64,000 nucleotides of DNA from a virus. A program made the position numbers and the translations under genes. The notes beneath the pieces are model-generated. The model saw only the letters and a list, made by a program, of their open reading frames with translations. It was not told where the DNA came from and searched no databases. The first letter of the stretch is position 1, and the number at the start of each line of letters is the position of its first letter. Positions 18,773-27,294 of this stretch are shown here, one piece after another. Location of the stretch: positions 10,718 through 74,717 of the IMG/VR virus record IMGVR_UViG_3300008267_000780. One strand, given 5' to 3'.

Positions 18773-19471
18773 ATGAGTAATATCCGTAAATACCTTGCTG
18801 ACGCACAGAATCGTGCTCACGAGGGCTTCTTGAATGCCGATGGCTTCTTTGATGACGATTTGAACTTCACCGCAGGTGATGATTTTATGTCTGCTAATGG
18901 CGACCCTATGCCTGCAGCGGCTCCAACCTCTCAGCCTTACATCATCCAAATTGCAAACACAGGTAGTGCTGTTTCCAATTTCAGTGTGTTGGGTTCATAC
19001 GAACAGTTGAGTGATACGGCAGCGTTCACTTCAGGTTCGTACACTTCAGGAAACGTGACGATTTCGTCTGCTATTCCTAACGTGACTTACCAACAGATGC
19101 TTTACCAATTTATGAACAACCCGTTCAGCATTGGTTTGACTTACATTCAGTCAGCATCAAGCACTCAGTTGTTGGAAACAATCAGCGTACAAACACGTGA
19201 CGCGAATGGTAACTTGGCACAAAAGCCATTGGTGCCAACCGTGGACCCATATCAGTTTCAGACTACAGTCCTTGCTCTCCGCTTCGGATACAGAATCGAT
19301 GGTTACACCAAATTGATTTTGAACCAAGTGTTAGCATCGACCACTGTGAAATTGTACTTGTACCCTGCAGACAACATCAATTTGGCTCGTGGATTGTCAG
19401 GTCGCGCTGTATCAAAAGATTTCAGCAGCCCAGGCATTGTGCGTGCTCAAACCGTGAAAATTCAGGGTTAA
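18773..19471 (+). CDS. candidate major capsid protein (single jelly-roll-like) with acidic N-terminal leader
   Basis: beta-strand-rich 232 aa; follows the packaging ATPase; own promoter and terminator; TTC/TAC/AAC codon preference suggests high expression; paralogues at 49961-50772. Confidence 0.65.
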   Translation: MSNIRKYLADAQNRAHEGFLNADGFFDDDLNFTAGDDFMSANGDPMPAAAPTSQPYIIQIANTGSAVSNFSVLGSYEQLSDTAAFTSGSYTSGNVTISSAIPNVTYQQMLYQFMNNPFSIGLTYIQSASSTQLLETISVQTRDANGNLAQKPLVPTVDPYQFQTTVLALRFGYRIDGYTKLILNQVLASTTVKLYLYPADNINLARGLSGRAVSKDFSSPGIVRAQTVKIQG

Positions 19472-19493
19472 TCCCTCTTTTGCGATTGAATAG

Positions 19494-19531
19494 AAAAGGG
19501 GCGAAGGCAAACAGCCTCGCCCCTTTTTTTT
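19494..19531 (+). terminator. rho-independent terminator after the MCP candidate
   Basis: aaaaggggcga...tcgccccttttttt. Confidence 0.85.
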
Positions 19532-19554
19532 AATACTCACAAACACAAATATTT

Positions 19555-19725
19555 ATGGCCTACAAAGTCAAATTGGGTAACAAGGATTACTTCACAGAAG
19601 AATTTTCTTCTGAGACGGAAGCAAAAAGAGCAAAGTATCACGCCATCATTGGCGCGAAAACTTTTCGTAGTGCATCAAAATCGATGGACACGAAAATTGT
19701 AAAAGTTGTAAAAAAGAAAAAATAA
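19555..19725 (+). CDS. 56-aa basic protein (not in the ORF track)
   Basis: MAYKVKLGNKDYFTEEF...KKKK; TAATG coupling. Confidence 0.65.
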   Translation: MAYKVKLGNKDYFTEEFSSETEAKRAKYHAIIGAKTFRSASKSMDTKIVKVVKKKK

Positions 19726-20108
19726 TGACAATCTACGAGTATATCGCGCGAAATAATCCCACAGGTGCTAAAAGGGTGATTGAATCTTTTGGTTATGTGG
19801 TGACACAACCTAAAAAAATGGGCGATAACCTTCGTATGTTGGTAGCGCAGGAAGGAGAGCCCGCATTAAAAGCGGTGGTAGACTTACACCCTGATAAAGA
19901 CTTGATTTTGGAAGTTTTCGGAAACAGTCAGGGCGTTAAAGGAACAGGAGATAATTTCTTTGGAGCCGACGGCCTACTTCAAAGCGCAGTTTTGAATAAC
20001 AACCAACAGCAAAATGATAGCAACAATAAAATGGTGCTTCAAACAAACACATTAATTGTGGCCTTATCACTCCTTGTAGTTGCAGGGTTAATATTAAAGA
20101 ATCGATGA
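19725..20108 (+). CDS. tail-anchored virion membrane protein
   Basis: C-terminal TM; NFFGADG motif. Confidence 0.75.
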   Translation: MTIYEYIARNNPTGAKRVIESFGYVVTQPKKMGDNLRMLVAQEGEPALKAVVDLHPDKDLILEVFGNSQGVKGTGDNFFGADGLLQSAVLNNNQQQNDSNNKMVLQTNTLIVALSLLVVAGLILKNR

Positions 20109-20647
20109 AAAATTTGAAACCTAACGAAATTTACGCTGTATCAGCGATGACCATCGACAACAATACTGAAGGGGTAAAAACTCTGATTACAAAGTATGGT
20201 GTCATTTTGCCAAAAAATGCAAGTCGCGCAGATGTTGACAAAGCATTTGCGGCACTTTTAAGAAAGAGCAAATCGTTTAGAAATGATTTTGCTTTATTGG
20301 CTGCGAATGAAAGTCAAAAGAGCGATAACTTCTCCAATTTTATGGAATTTTTAGGTATGTCAGGCAGAGGTATTGGAACCACAAGTGCTCCTTTAAAAAC
20401 TCCTGACCCAATTCCTGTGAAGACAAGTTTGCCGAACACAACTGCTAAAAAACCAAGTGCATTTGCTGAAGCGTTTGATGCTGATACAATCAGAAATGTC
20501 ATCAATACAGGATTGAATATTTGGGCTACCCGCTCAGGTACGACAGCCGCAACTACAAATGATTTACAATCAGGTAGGGATTCATTGAATCTACAACCTC
20601 AAAATGAATCTACACGGGGTATCGGTACTACAGGAATCATCAGTTAA
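20105..20647 (+). CDS. putative virion protein; C-terminal TM apparently missing
   Basis: 180 aa; FSNFMEFLGMSG motif; ends abruptly at GIGTTGIIS. Confidence 0.7.
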   Translation: MKNLKPNEIYAVSAMTIDNNTEGVKTLITKYGVILPKNASRADVDKAFAALLRKSKSFRNDFALLAANESQKSDNFSNFMEFLGMSGRGIGTTSAPLKTPDPIPVKTSLPNTTAKKPSAFAEAFDADTIRNVINTGLNIWATRSGTTAATTNDLQSGRDSLNLQPQNESTRGIGTTGIIS

Positions 20648-20653
20648 AAAGTA

Positions 20654-20878
20654 ATGGCAAACGAATTTCAAGACGCTTTAGACAATGTAAAAGAACTGAG
20701 TGGACAATCTACTCACGATACCTTTTTGAAGCAAAGCAAACGCATTATGAAGGGCAGTGCTACGGGTCTTGTAGTTGGTTTGATGTACGGATGGTACACT
20801 AAGAAAAATATTTATGTCACTGCGATACTTGGTGTAATTGCAGGAGGTGCAGTTAACTACTTTATTTTTTCAGAATAA
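20654..20878 (+). CDS. 2-TM membrane protein
   Basis: two Gly-rich hydrophobic segments. Confidence 0.75.
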   Translation: MANEFQDALDNVKELSGQSTHDTFLKQSKRIMKGSATGLVVGLMYGWYTKKNIYVTAILGVIAGGAVNYFIFSE

Positions 20879-20879
20879 T

Positions 20880-21299
20880 ATGACCTTGGATTCAGCAATA
20901 AAATATAAAGATTTTTCAAACCCAAGCATAGTGTTGGCAAGGCCCATCAATATCCAATCGGGTGCGGATGGTAGTCTATCGGTGAGCGGTCCTAAAGGAG
21001 CGGTACAATTAAAATTGACCAAACCGTTAACCATAACAAATGCTCAAGGGAAAAATGAAATCATAGAAAAAGGTGGTATTGTTTGGGGAATGCCATTGCA
21101 ATCAATAGCCGCGAACAATTCTTATTTGTATGAAACACAAGGAAGGGTTTATGTTTTAACGGTTGGTGTCAATGCTGAATTATACAATCCATCGTCAAGC
21201 CCAAGAAAGGGTGAAGAATCGAAAAAAGGTTTTCCTGTTTCCGTAATAGGATTGGGTTTAATTGCAATCGTGATAATTTATACAATAAACAAGTTATGA
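20880..21299 (+). CDS. tail-anchored membrane protein
   Basis: ATG at 20880; C-terminal TM. Confidence 0.7.
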   Translation: MTLDSAIKYKDFSNPSIVLARPINIQSGADGSLSVSGPKGAVQLKLTKPLTITNAQGKNEIIEKGGIVWGMPLQSIAANNSYLYETQGRVYVLTVGVNAELYNPSSSPRKGEESKKGFPVSVIGLGLIAIVIIYTINKL

Positions 21300-21397
21300 A
21301 AATTGCTGATGATAAAAAGAAAAAAGGTGGTGCATTGATGCTTGTAGGCTTTGCCTTACTCGCTTATGTTGTTTATAAAATAATCGAAAGTAAATGA
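21296..21397 (+). CDS. 33-aa membrane protein (not in the ORF track)
   Basis: MKIADDKKKKGGALMLVGFALLAYVVYKIIESK; ATGA overlaps on both sides. Confidence 0.65.
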   Translation: MKIADDKKKKGGALMLVGFALLAYVVYKIIESK

Positions 21398-21618
21398 AAA
21401 AAGAATATATTGAAGCCCTTGTTTTGATTGGAGCCATCGGTTTTGCTATTTATTTGGCAAGTCCCAAAGACTCCGTATTGAAGAGTGCAAAAGCGAATTC
21501 GCCAAATCCCACAGGACCTAAAGGGGGATTTGAGAATTTCACTGCAGACGAATTAACTTATGACGACCATTTGTATGGAAATGCAGATGGAGGATTAAAA
21601 GGTTTAACACTTAAATAA
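21394..21618 (+). CDS. membrane protein with FENFTAD/YGNADG motifs
   Basis: N-terminal TM. Confidence 0.75.
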   Translation: MKKEYIEALVLIGAIGFAIYLASPKDSVLKSAKANSPNPTGPKGGFENFTADELTYDDHLYGNADGGLKGLTLK

Positions 21619-21626
21619 ATAAAACT

Positions 21627-21716
21627 ATGACAAAAAACACTAAAACAATCTTGACTGTAGCCGTAGTTGCTACCGTTTTGTTCTTCGTTTTCAAGAAGCC
21701 TAAAACTGACGCTTAA
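21627..21716 (+). CDS. 29-aa membrane protein (not in the ORF track)
   Basis: MTKNTKTILTVAVVATVLFFVFKKPKTDA; aaaact leader. Confidence 0.6.
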   Translation: MTKNTKTILTVAVVATVLFFVFKKPKTDA

Positions 21717-21727
21717 TTTTCATCAAA

Positions 21728-22210
21728 ATGAATCGTGATGTATTATTGGGCGCGGGGGTCGTTTTGGCCTTTATCGTCCTTGTAAGCAGAGCCAAGAAAA
21801 ACCAAGTTTCCGAACCTTCAGGTGGCGGTGGTGGAGGTGGTATGGGCGGTCCTTTCGTTGCAGGAATACCTGCAGGACCTTTGACCGTGAATACTATTGT
21901 TCAACCCGCACGTCCCGCGAACCAAGGTCAAGTAATTACAACCTTGGGCACAAAAGACACTACTCCAACTGCAGCGGTTACAAGTTCTACTCAAGCCAAA
22001 GCAATTGATACTGCGACTAACACGGGTGGAATTATTCCTATAGGTCAAGGTGGAAGTTCTACTCCCACTTACAGCACAGGAACTGTTACTCAAGCGGATT
22101 TAAAGTCAGGTGTTGCAGGTAACACGGTTTTCAAGCCTTTCAGCGGAGCATCAATTGATGCAAAATTCTTGGGATTTGTAGGTTCAAGGCCTAAATTTGA
22201 ATTCAATTAA
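21728..22210 (+). CDS. membrane-anchored Gly/Thr-rich protein
   Basis: N-terminal TM; low-complexity body. Confidence 0.75.
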   Translation: MNRDVLLGAGVVLAFIVLVSRAKKNQVSEPSGGGGGGGMGGPFVAGIPAGPLTVNTIVQPARPANQGQVITTLGTKDTTPTAAVTSSTQAKAIDTATNTGGIIPIGQGGSSTPTYSTGTVTQADLKSGVAGNTVFKPFSGASIDAKFLGFVGSRPKFEFN

Positions 22211-22211
22211 T

Positions 22212-22493
22212 ATGTTGTCAGCAAATAAACTATACAAAGATTCAGGAACCACTTTGTCGTTCAAAGAATGGTTGGAGCGTGAAAAGGCAAAAGGCAAATT
22301 TATTCCTAACGTGCAAGCGATGGAAGAATTTGTAAATGCCGATGGTGGTGTTTCAGAGCAAGCCTCTGAAAAATCTCAAATCACAGCCAAATCAGTCGAG
22401 AACAAACAACTGTTTACTTCCGTGGCTCGAGTCGGTTTAATTGTTGTATTGGCATATTTCGTTTATCGAACTATCAAAAGTGAAGTTAAATAA
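22212..22493 (+). CDS. tail-anchored membrane protein with FVNADG motif
   Basis: ATG at 22212; C-terminal TM. Confidence 0.75.
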   Translation: MLSANKLYKDSGTTLSFKEWLEREKAKGKFIPNVQAMEEFVNADGGVSEQASEKSQITAKSVENKQLFTSVARVGLIVVLAYFVYRTIKSEVK

Positions 22494-22704
22494 CACTCAA
22501 ATAAAGCGCATACTGATTGCAGGGGGATTTTTCTTCCTGCTTTTGCGTTTTCGGGGATATTTAAATCCCGCGAAAGAAACTTTGTCTGCTAAAGACGAAT
22601 CTTTATCAGCGAGTGGTACGAAAACCGTTATTGATAGGGCGATTGACAAAATTAGAAGTGGCGGGGTAAAAGTTGCAAGCACTCCATCTGAAATAACAAA
22701 CTGA
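22480..22704 (+). CDS. membrane protein
   Basis: GTG at 22480; TM ILIAGGFFFLLL. Confidence 0.65.
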   Translation: MKLNNTQIKRILIAGGFFFLLLRFRGYLNPAKETLSAKDESLSASGTKTVIDRAIDKIRSGGVKVASTPSEITN

Positions 22705-23486
22705 TGAAAGAAGAAAGAATTGCTACCAAATATGCTCCCGTTACGCTTTGTGTGGTTTTGAAAACAGAGTTCCCTACCAAACTCAATTTGGTAGTGTTCG
22801 ATGCAAAAAACCCCAAAAGGAAATTCACTGAGCGTTACAAAACTGTTACAGGCGAAGAAACCCTGTATGTTCGAATGCCGTTGTCTCCTGATAACGCTGT
22901 CGTTCAAGTTTTTTCGCACGGTGGAATTGCAAAAAAGAATGACCCAAACTTCAGTATTGTAAGGGTTTACAAAAAAGGTTTGGAGCGTCGGTTTGATTTG
23001 AATGATATTGGGAATCCCCAAATACGCTCATTCGTCAAATTCGCGCAGAAATTTTGTTTTAATGTGAGTGAGTTGGAGCCCGAAGAAACTTATCGAAGTG
23101 ATGACGGTGAATACTTTATTCAGTTGAAGCAACAGATAAAAGATGCAAACGGAAAAGTGTTGGGTACGCCCGCACGTATTGGCCGTAGAACAGGTGTTAT
23201 TCAAGTGAGTAAAACCCAATTTGAGGCCTTTACAATTCCTATGCGTATGGCAATTTTGCTACACGAATTTTCCCATTTTTACTTGAATGAAAAAATGGAT
23301 GATGAAATGGAGGCAGACTTAAATGGATTGTTGATTTACCTTGGTCTTGGATATCCAAGAATTGAGGCTTATCAAGCGTTCCTCGAAACATTCAAAAATG
23401 CACCAAGCAATTTGAATAAGAAACGCTACGATATGATTAATAACTTCATCAACAATTTTGAGAAAATGGACATTGTAATAAAATAA
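22704..23486 (+). CDS. zincin metalloprotease (HExxH), candidate virion maturation protease
   Basis: AILLHEFSHFY followed by EMEAD third-ligand motif. Confidence 0.7.
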   Translation: MKEERIATKYAPVTLCVVLKTEFPTKLNLVVFDAKNPKRKFTERYKTVTGEETLYVRMPLSPDNAVVQVFSHGGIAKKNDPNFSIVRVYKKGLERRFDLNDIGNPQIRSFVKFAQKFCFNVSELEPEETYRSDDGEYFIQLKQQIKDANGKVLGTPARIGRRTGVIQVSKTQFEAFTIPMRMAILLHEFSHFYLNEKMDDEMEADLNGLLIYLGLGYPRIEAYQAFLETFKNAPSNLNKKRYDMINNFINNFEKMDIVIK

Positions 23487-23488
23487 AG

Positions 23489-23908
23489 ATGGCAGTTACA
23501 AATTGGAACACAGCACCTGATTACGATGAATGGGGCCCCGATAAGTCTTGGGGTTGTGAAGATTGGATACAATGGCACAAATTGCTCAAATTAAAATTTG
23601 GCGCAGTTAAAGCCAACTATATTTGGAATTATGCATATGCCCAAGGAACACAGGGAGCGTCCCATTGGAGTTGCAGGACAACAAATACTATGTTCCGAAA
23701 TTATGTGGCAAAGGAAGGTTTGAATCCATATGAAAGTGCGGGTGCATTTGCGCCTATTTTGAATGTTATTGGTGGCGCGGGCGATGTAGTCAGTGGCACG
23801 GGTGATTTACTGTCAGATATTGGTAAGAATTTAAAAATCATCGGGTACATCGCAATTTTGGGTGTAGCCGTGTATGTGGGAATAACCGTTTATAAGAAGA
23901 CAAAGTGA
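23489..23908 (+). CDS. tail-anchored membrane protein
   Basis: Trp-rich N-domain, C-terminal TM. Confidence 0.75.
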   Translation: MAVTNWNTAPDYDEWGPDKSWGCEDWIQWHKLLKLKFGAVKANYIWNYAYAQGTQGASHWSCRTTNTMFRNYVAKEGLNPYESAGAFAPILNVIGGAGDVVSGTGDLLSDIGKNLKIIGYIAILGVAVYVGITVYKKTK

Positions 23909-24066
23909 TGAAAAAGGAAATATTGTATGCGGGTGGTATTTTGGTTGCTTTGGGAGCGATTTATTTCATTGTGAAGCAATATAAAAAGAATCAAGATGGG
24001 TCAGCCGCGTTGGATGACAAGGAAATCGTTGATTTATTGAAAAAAATTGATTCGGCAAAAAAATGA
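23908..24066 (+). CDS. 52-aa membrane protein (not in the ORF track)
   Basis: MKKEILYAGGILVALGAIYFIVK...; coupled at both ends. Confidence 0.7.
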   Translation: MKKEILYAGGILVALGAIYFIVKQYKKNQDGSAALDDKEIVDLLKKIDSAKK

Positions 24067-24593
24067 GTACGGAAAAAGGATTAAAATATGGGTTTTTCTT
24101 TATCGCAGGGGTTGCAGTAATTCTTGGTGTTGTTCTATTGGGTAAAAAGAAGCCCGATGACGATGACGAAAATCCAAATCCTGAGCCTACACCAATGGAC
24201 CCTGTAATTGACCCTGTTCAAGCATCAGTTCCGCAAAATCTTGCAACTATTCTTGCAAGCAAGGACCCTATTGTAGCATTGAAGGGTAGGAAGATTTATG
24301 CAAAAGTTGCCAATGCAAAAGGTAGGAAAACCCCATATGTAAATGACGGTATGGTAAACAACCTTGCATTCGAATCACTGAACGGTGAGTATCTTGGGTA
24401 TCCTACAAGAGTCGGTAACGATTTAAATGGTGCTAAAGATGCATCAGGAAAAGTTTACAAGTGGATTAGAGTTACACTCGACACGAAATCGTGGAATAGG
24501 TATAACGATACCAAATCATTTTTGACCAAACAAACTTTTATGAATAACGGAAATAACTTTGCGTGGTTCAGGGAGGACGTAATTAAATTATAA
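24063..24593 (+). CDS. membrane-anchored protein, possible SH3b-like domain
   Basis: N-terminal TM, PEP linker, KWIRV...AWFREDVI. Confidence 0.6.
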   Translation: MSTEKGLKYGFFFIAGVAVILGVVLLGKKKPDDDDENPNPEPTPMDPVIDPVQASVPQNLATILASKDPIVALKGRKIYAKVANAKGRKTPYVNDGMVNNLAFESLNGEYLGYPTRVGNDLNGAKDASGKVYKWIRVTLDTKSWNRYNDTKSFLTKQTFMNNGNNFAWFREDVIKL

Positions 24594-25141
24594 TGAAAAA
24601 GCAAGCAATTGATAAAAATTTGAAATACGGGCTGTACGTTTTGTCGGCCCTTATTGGTGGTTTTGCAGTCGTAAAAATTGTAAAAGCAATTAAGGATAAT
24701 GCAGATAAAGGCGATGATGAAAACAAACCTGAGCCTGAGATTAAAACAGTTTATGTAGACACATACCTGTCAAAGTTGCCTTTAGGGGTGGATAATTTGA
24801 CTTGGGGCTCTAAAGTACCCGCTAAGTATTTGCCAACTTTTAATGCAAGCACAGCCGCGAGTACAGATGCAACATACAAAGCGAATGCAATACGCGTTCA
24901 AACTTTGTTAAATCAAAGACTTGCCGCTTTGGGAGGTGGATATCCTAAATTGGTAACAGATGGTATCATAGGTGGTGAAACAACAAAAGCAATGATTGTA
25001 GTTGCAAAGCAGTATGACAAAATGAATTTGTTGCCTTTAACCAAAAAAGAAGACATTAATAATTGGCTGACCTTTTTCAATGTAAAAACAATATCAGGAG
25101 ATTCCTCACAAACAGGTGAGTTTCCTTTTTTCAAAAAATAA
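24593..25141 (+). CDS. membrane-anchored protein with peptidoglycan-binding (PG_binding_1-like) domain
   Basis: N-terminal TM; RVQTLLN..LVTDGIIGGETTKAM. Confidence 0.65.
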   Translation: MKKQAIDKNLKYGLYVLSALIGGFAVVKIVKAIKDNADKGDDENKPEPEIKTVYVDTYLSKLPLGVDNLTWGSKVPAKYLPTFNASTAASTDATYKANAIRVQTLLNQRLAALGGGYPKLVTDGIIGGETTKAMIVVAKQYDKMNLLPLTKKEDINNWLTFFNVKTISGDSSQTGEFPFFKK

Positions 25142-25153
25142 GACGACAAGAAT

Positions 25154-25714
25154 ATGGACATAGATTCTTTTTTCACAGATGGCGACCTAAGTTTCGGAAT
25201 GGACGGTTCAAGCCCTAATTTCAAAAACCTTACAGGAACAGGTCAAAATGTTTCTCGCGGTCCCAAATATGGCGAGTATGAATTCAATAAGAACCCTGAA
25301 TATGGGTTTACTGATGATATTTATTCAAACGCTACGGGTACTTCAAGATTAAATCAACCTACGGAATGGTACGTTACCAAGTTGTCTGATGCAGACAAAA
25401 AAGACTGTAACAAATTACAGGGTGTAATGGATAATATCTCCAAGGATATTGATACCAACAATAAAAAAATGGCCACTGCAAAACGCGGTGAAAGAAGGGT
25501 TCTTGAAGAATATAACAAGGGTTTGGAATTGGCAGGTAAAAAAGTCTTGGAATTGATGAATGCGGCTAATTGCACCGTCATTCAGCAGGCAGAATTTAAT
25601 AAAGCGTTGGGTGTAGCGGGTTCCCCATCAAAATCATCAAAGGTGATTTTGTATGTTGGCATTGGCGTTGCTGCATTGGCTCTTGGAGTGGTACTTTACA
25701 AAAAATTTAAGTAA
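25154..25714 (+). CDS. tail-anchored coiled-coil virion protein
   Basis: FGMDG, FKNLTG, YSNATG motifs; C-terminal TM. Confidence 0.75.
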   Translation: MDIDSFFTDGDLSFGMDGSSPNFKNLTGTGQNVSRGPKYGEYEFNKNPEYGFTDDIYSNATGTSRLNQPTEWYVTKLSDADKKDCNKLQGVMDNISKDIDTNNKKMATAKRGERRVLEEYNKGLELAGKKVLELMNAANCTVIQQAEFNKALGVAGSPSKSSKVILYVGIGVAALALGVVLYKKFK

Positions 25715-26454
25715 TGAGAACAAACATCAGTAAACAGTTAGGATTGCCCGTTGCTCCCCCAAGAGCAAAAGCCCCATCTATAGAAAAACAGTTGGGTTTT
25801 GTGGCCGAATATGATAAGTCTTTGGATTCAAGCAACTTGAATTTCTTTGCGGAAAATGACAAGTATTTTAATGCTTCAGGAGAAACAAAGAACTTTAATG
25901 AGTACTATAAAGGGAGTGAAGCCTCAGTGCGCTCTGTATTAGAGGGCTTAAAAATAAACACGTCTGAAGACTTGGACTATCTTGAATCTGAGAAAAAAAG
26001 ATTTCAGGAAGGCAAGGCAACTTTAGAACGCGATATTAACGCCATCAAAATAAATCAAGCGCAAAAAGCATTTGGTACTCAAGCCTACACTCAGCGTGGA
26101 AAATATGTTTCTCAATTATGGTCCGTAGATAAAACAATCGAGGGAATTGACAAAAGAATTGCTGATGTCAAGGTTATTTTGGAGAAAAAAGCCGCAAAAG
26201 CGAAGGCTGATGCAGAAGCCGCTGCAGCGAAAATGAAAGCAGAGGCTGAAGCCGCAAAGCAGGCAAAAATTGCCGCGTTGAAAAAGCAGATTGCTGATTC
26301 AAAAGACCCAAGTGTAAAAAAACAACTTACTGACGAACTCACAGGACTTTTGCAAGAAGGAACTGAAGGGCTTAAATCAAACAAAATTGTTTTGATTGGT
26401 GGAGCCGTGGTTGTAATCGGTGTTTTGTATTACTTTTTTAGGAGCAAGCAATAA
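25714..26454 (+). CDS. tail-anchored coiled-coil virion protein
   Basis: YFNASG motif; AK-rich coil; C-terminal TM. Confidence 0.75.
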   Translation: MRTNISKQLGLPVAPPRAKAPSIEKQLGFVAEYDKSLDSSNLNFFAENDKYFNASGETKNFNEYYKGSEASVRSVLEGLKINTSEDLDYLESEKKRFQEGKATLERDINAIKINQAQKAFGTQAYTQRGKYVSQLWSVDKTIEGIDKRIADVKVILEKKAAKAKADAEAAAAKMKAEAEAAKQAKIAALKKQIADSKDPSVKKQLTDELTGLLQEGTEGLKSNKIVLIGGAVVVIGVLYYFFRSKQ

Positions 26455-26456
26455 TT

Positions 26457-26753
26457 ATGTCAATTCAATATCAAGGTGCGGGATACGATTCATTCGATGA
26501 ATTTATGACTGAAACAGGATTGGATAAAGATAATTTTGTTGACGCTAAGAAGTCAGCAAATACCTTTGGAATTAAGTTCAAAGAAACTTTCACCACTGAA
26601 TTTAAAAACCAATTCACAGAGGCTCAAGACAGGGCAAAAAGATTGGATTCTAAGCCAAAGGTATTGAATCCTATTCCTAATAGCCTTTTGTATTTTGGAT
26701 TGGTAACAGCGGGTATTTATTTGGCATATTCATTTATTTTCAAATCAGAATGA
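26457..26753 (+). CDS. tail-anchored membrane protein
   Basis: C-terminal TM. Confidence 0.7.
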   Translation: MSIQYQGAGYDSFDEFMTETGLDKDNFVDAKKSANTFGIKFKETFTTEFKNQFTEAQDRAKRLDSKPKVLNPIPNSLLYFGLVTAGIYLAYSFIFKSE

Positions 26754-27262
26754 AGAAAAAACTATTAATTATTGGGGGTGCTACAATTGTAGCCGCAATC
26801 GCGTTAAGGACGCTGTATAAGAACTTGTATTTGGCAGGTCAGTGGGATTTCAATATGGGGAGTTTTGGCGTTAAGTCATTCAAGCCCCTTGTTATCACAC
26901 AAACAATTGACTTTATCAATAAAAGCAATTTGAAATTGACTGTTAAAAACATTAAAATAGGTGTTTACAGCAATAATATTAGAATCGGTCAAATTGATAG
27001 GGCAAATGAGCAAACGATTGGTCCAAAAGGTATTTCCAAGTTTACCTTGGAATATGCTTTGACACCCACGTTGGGGAATCAAGCCGCCAAGGATGCAATC
27101 ACTAAAGTTGCGTCAACGTATTTACAGACAAAAGACTTGCCTGTGGATTTCGTTGGGTCTCTTGACGTTAAAACACCTTTTGGATTTGTGACCGTTCCCG
27201 TGAGATATTCTTCAACGGGGAAAAATTTATACAAATTGTGGTATGAATATATGAACGGATAA
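26750..27262 (+). CDS. membrane-anchored LEA_2/WHy-like protein
   Basis: N-terminal TM; FINKSNLKLTVKNIKIGVYSNNIRIG..TIGPKGISKF beta-sandwich pattern. Confidence 0.6.
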   Translation: MKKKLLIIGGATIVAAIALRTLYKNLYLAGQWDFNMGSFGVKSFKPLVITQTIDFINKSNLKLTVKNIKIGVYSNNIRIGQIDRANEQTIGPKGISKFTLEYALTPTLGNQAAKDAITKVASTYLQTKDLPVDFVGSLDVKTPFGFVTVPVRYSSTGKNLYKLWYEYMNG

Positions 27263-27266
27263 TTGC

Positions 27267-27274
27267 TATATTTG
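27267..27274 (+). promoter_or_regulatory. Bacteroidota -7 promoter TATATTTG
   Basis: TAnnTTTG upstream of the fibre/glycosylation gene run. Confidence 0.55.
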
Positions 27275-27294
27275 AGCAATAGTTGTGTACATAT

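Noticed and set aside
22497-23021. 174-aa antisense ORF and similar short antisense ORFs across the window
   Set aside because: They lie opposite well-supported, coupled plus-strand genes and show no recognisable motifs.
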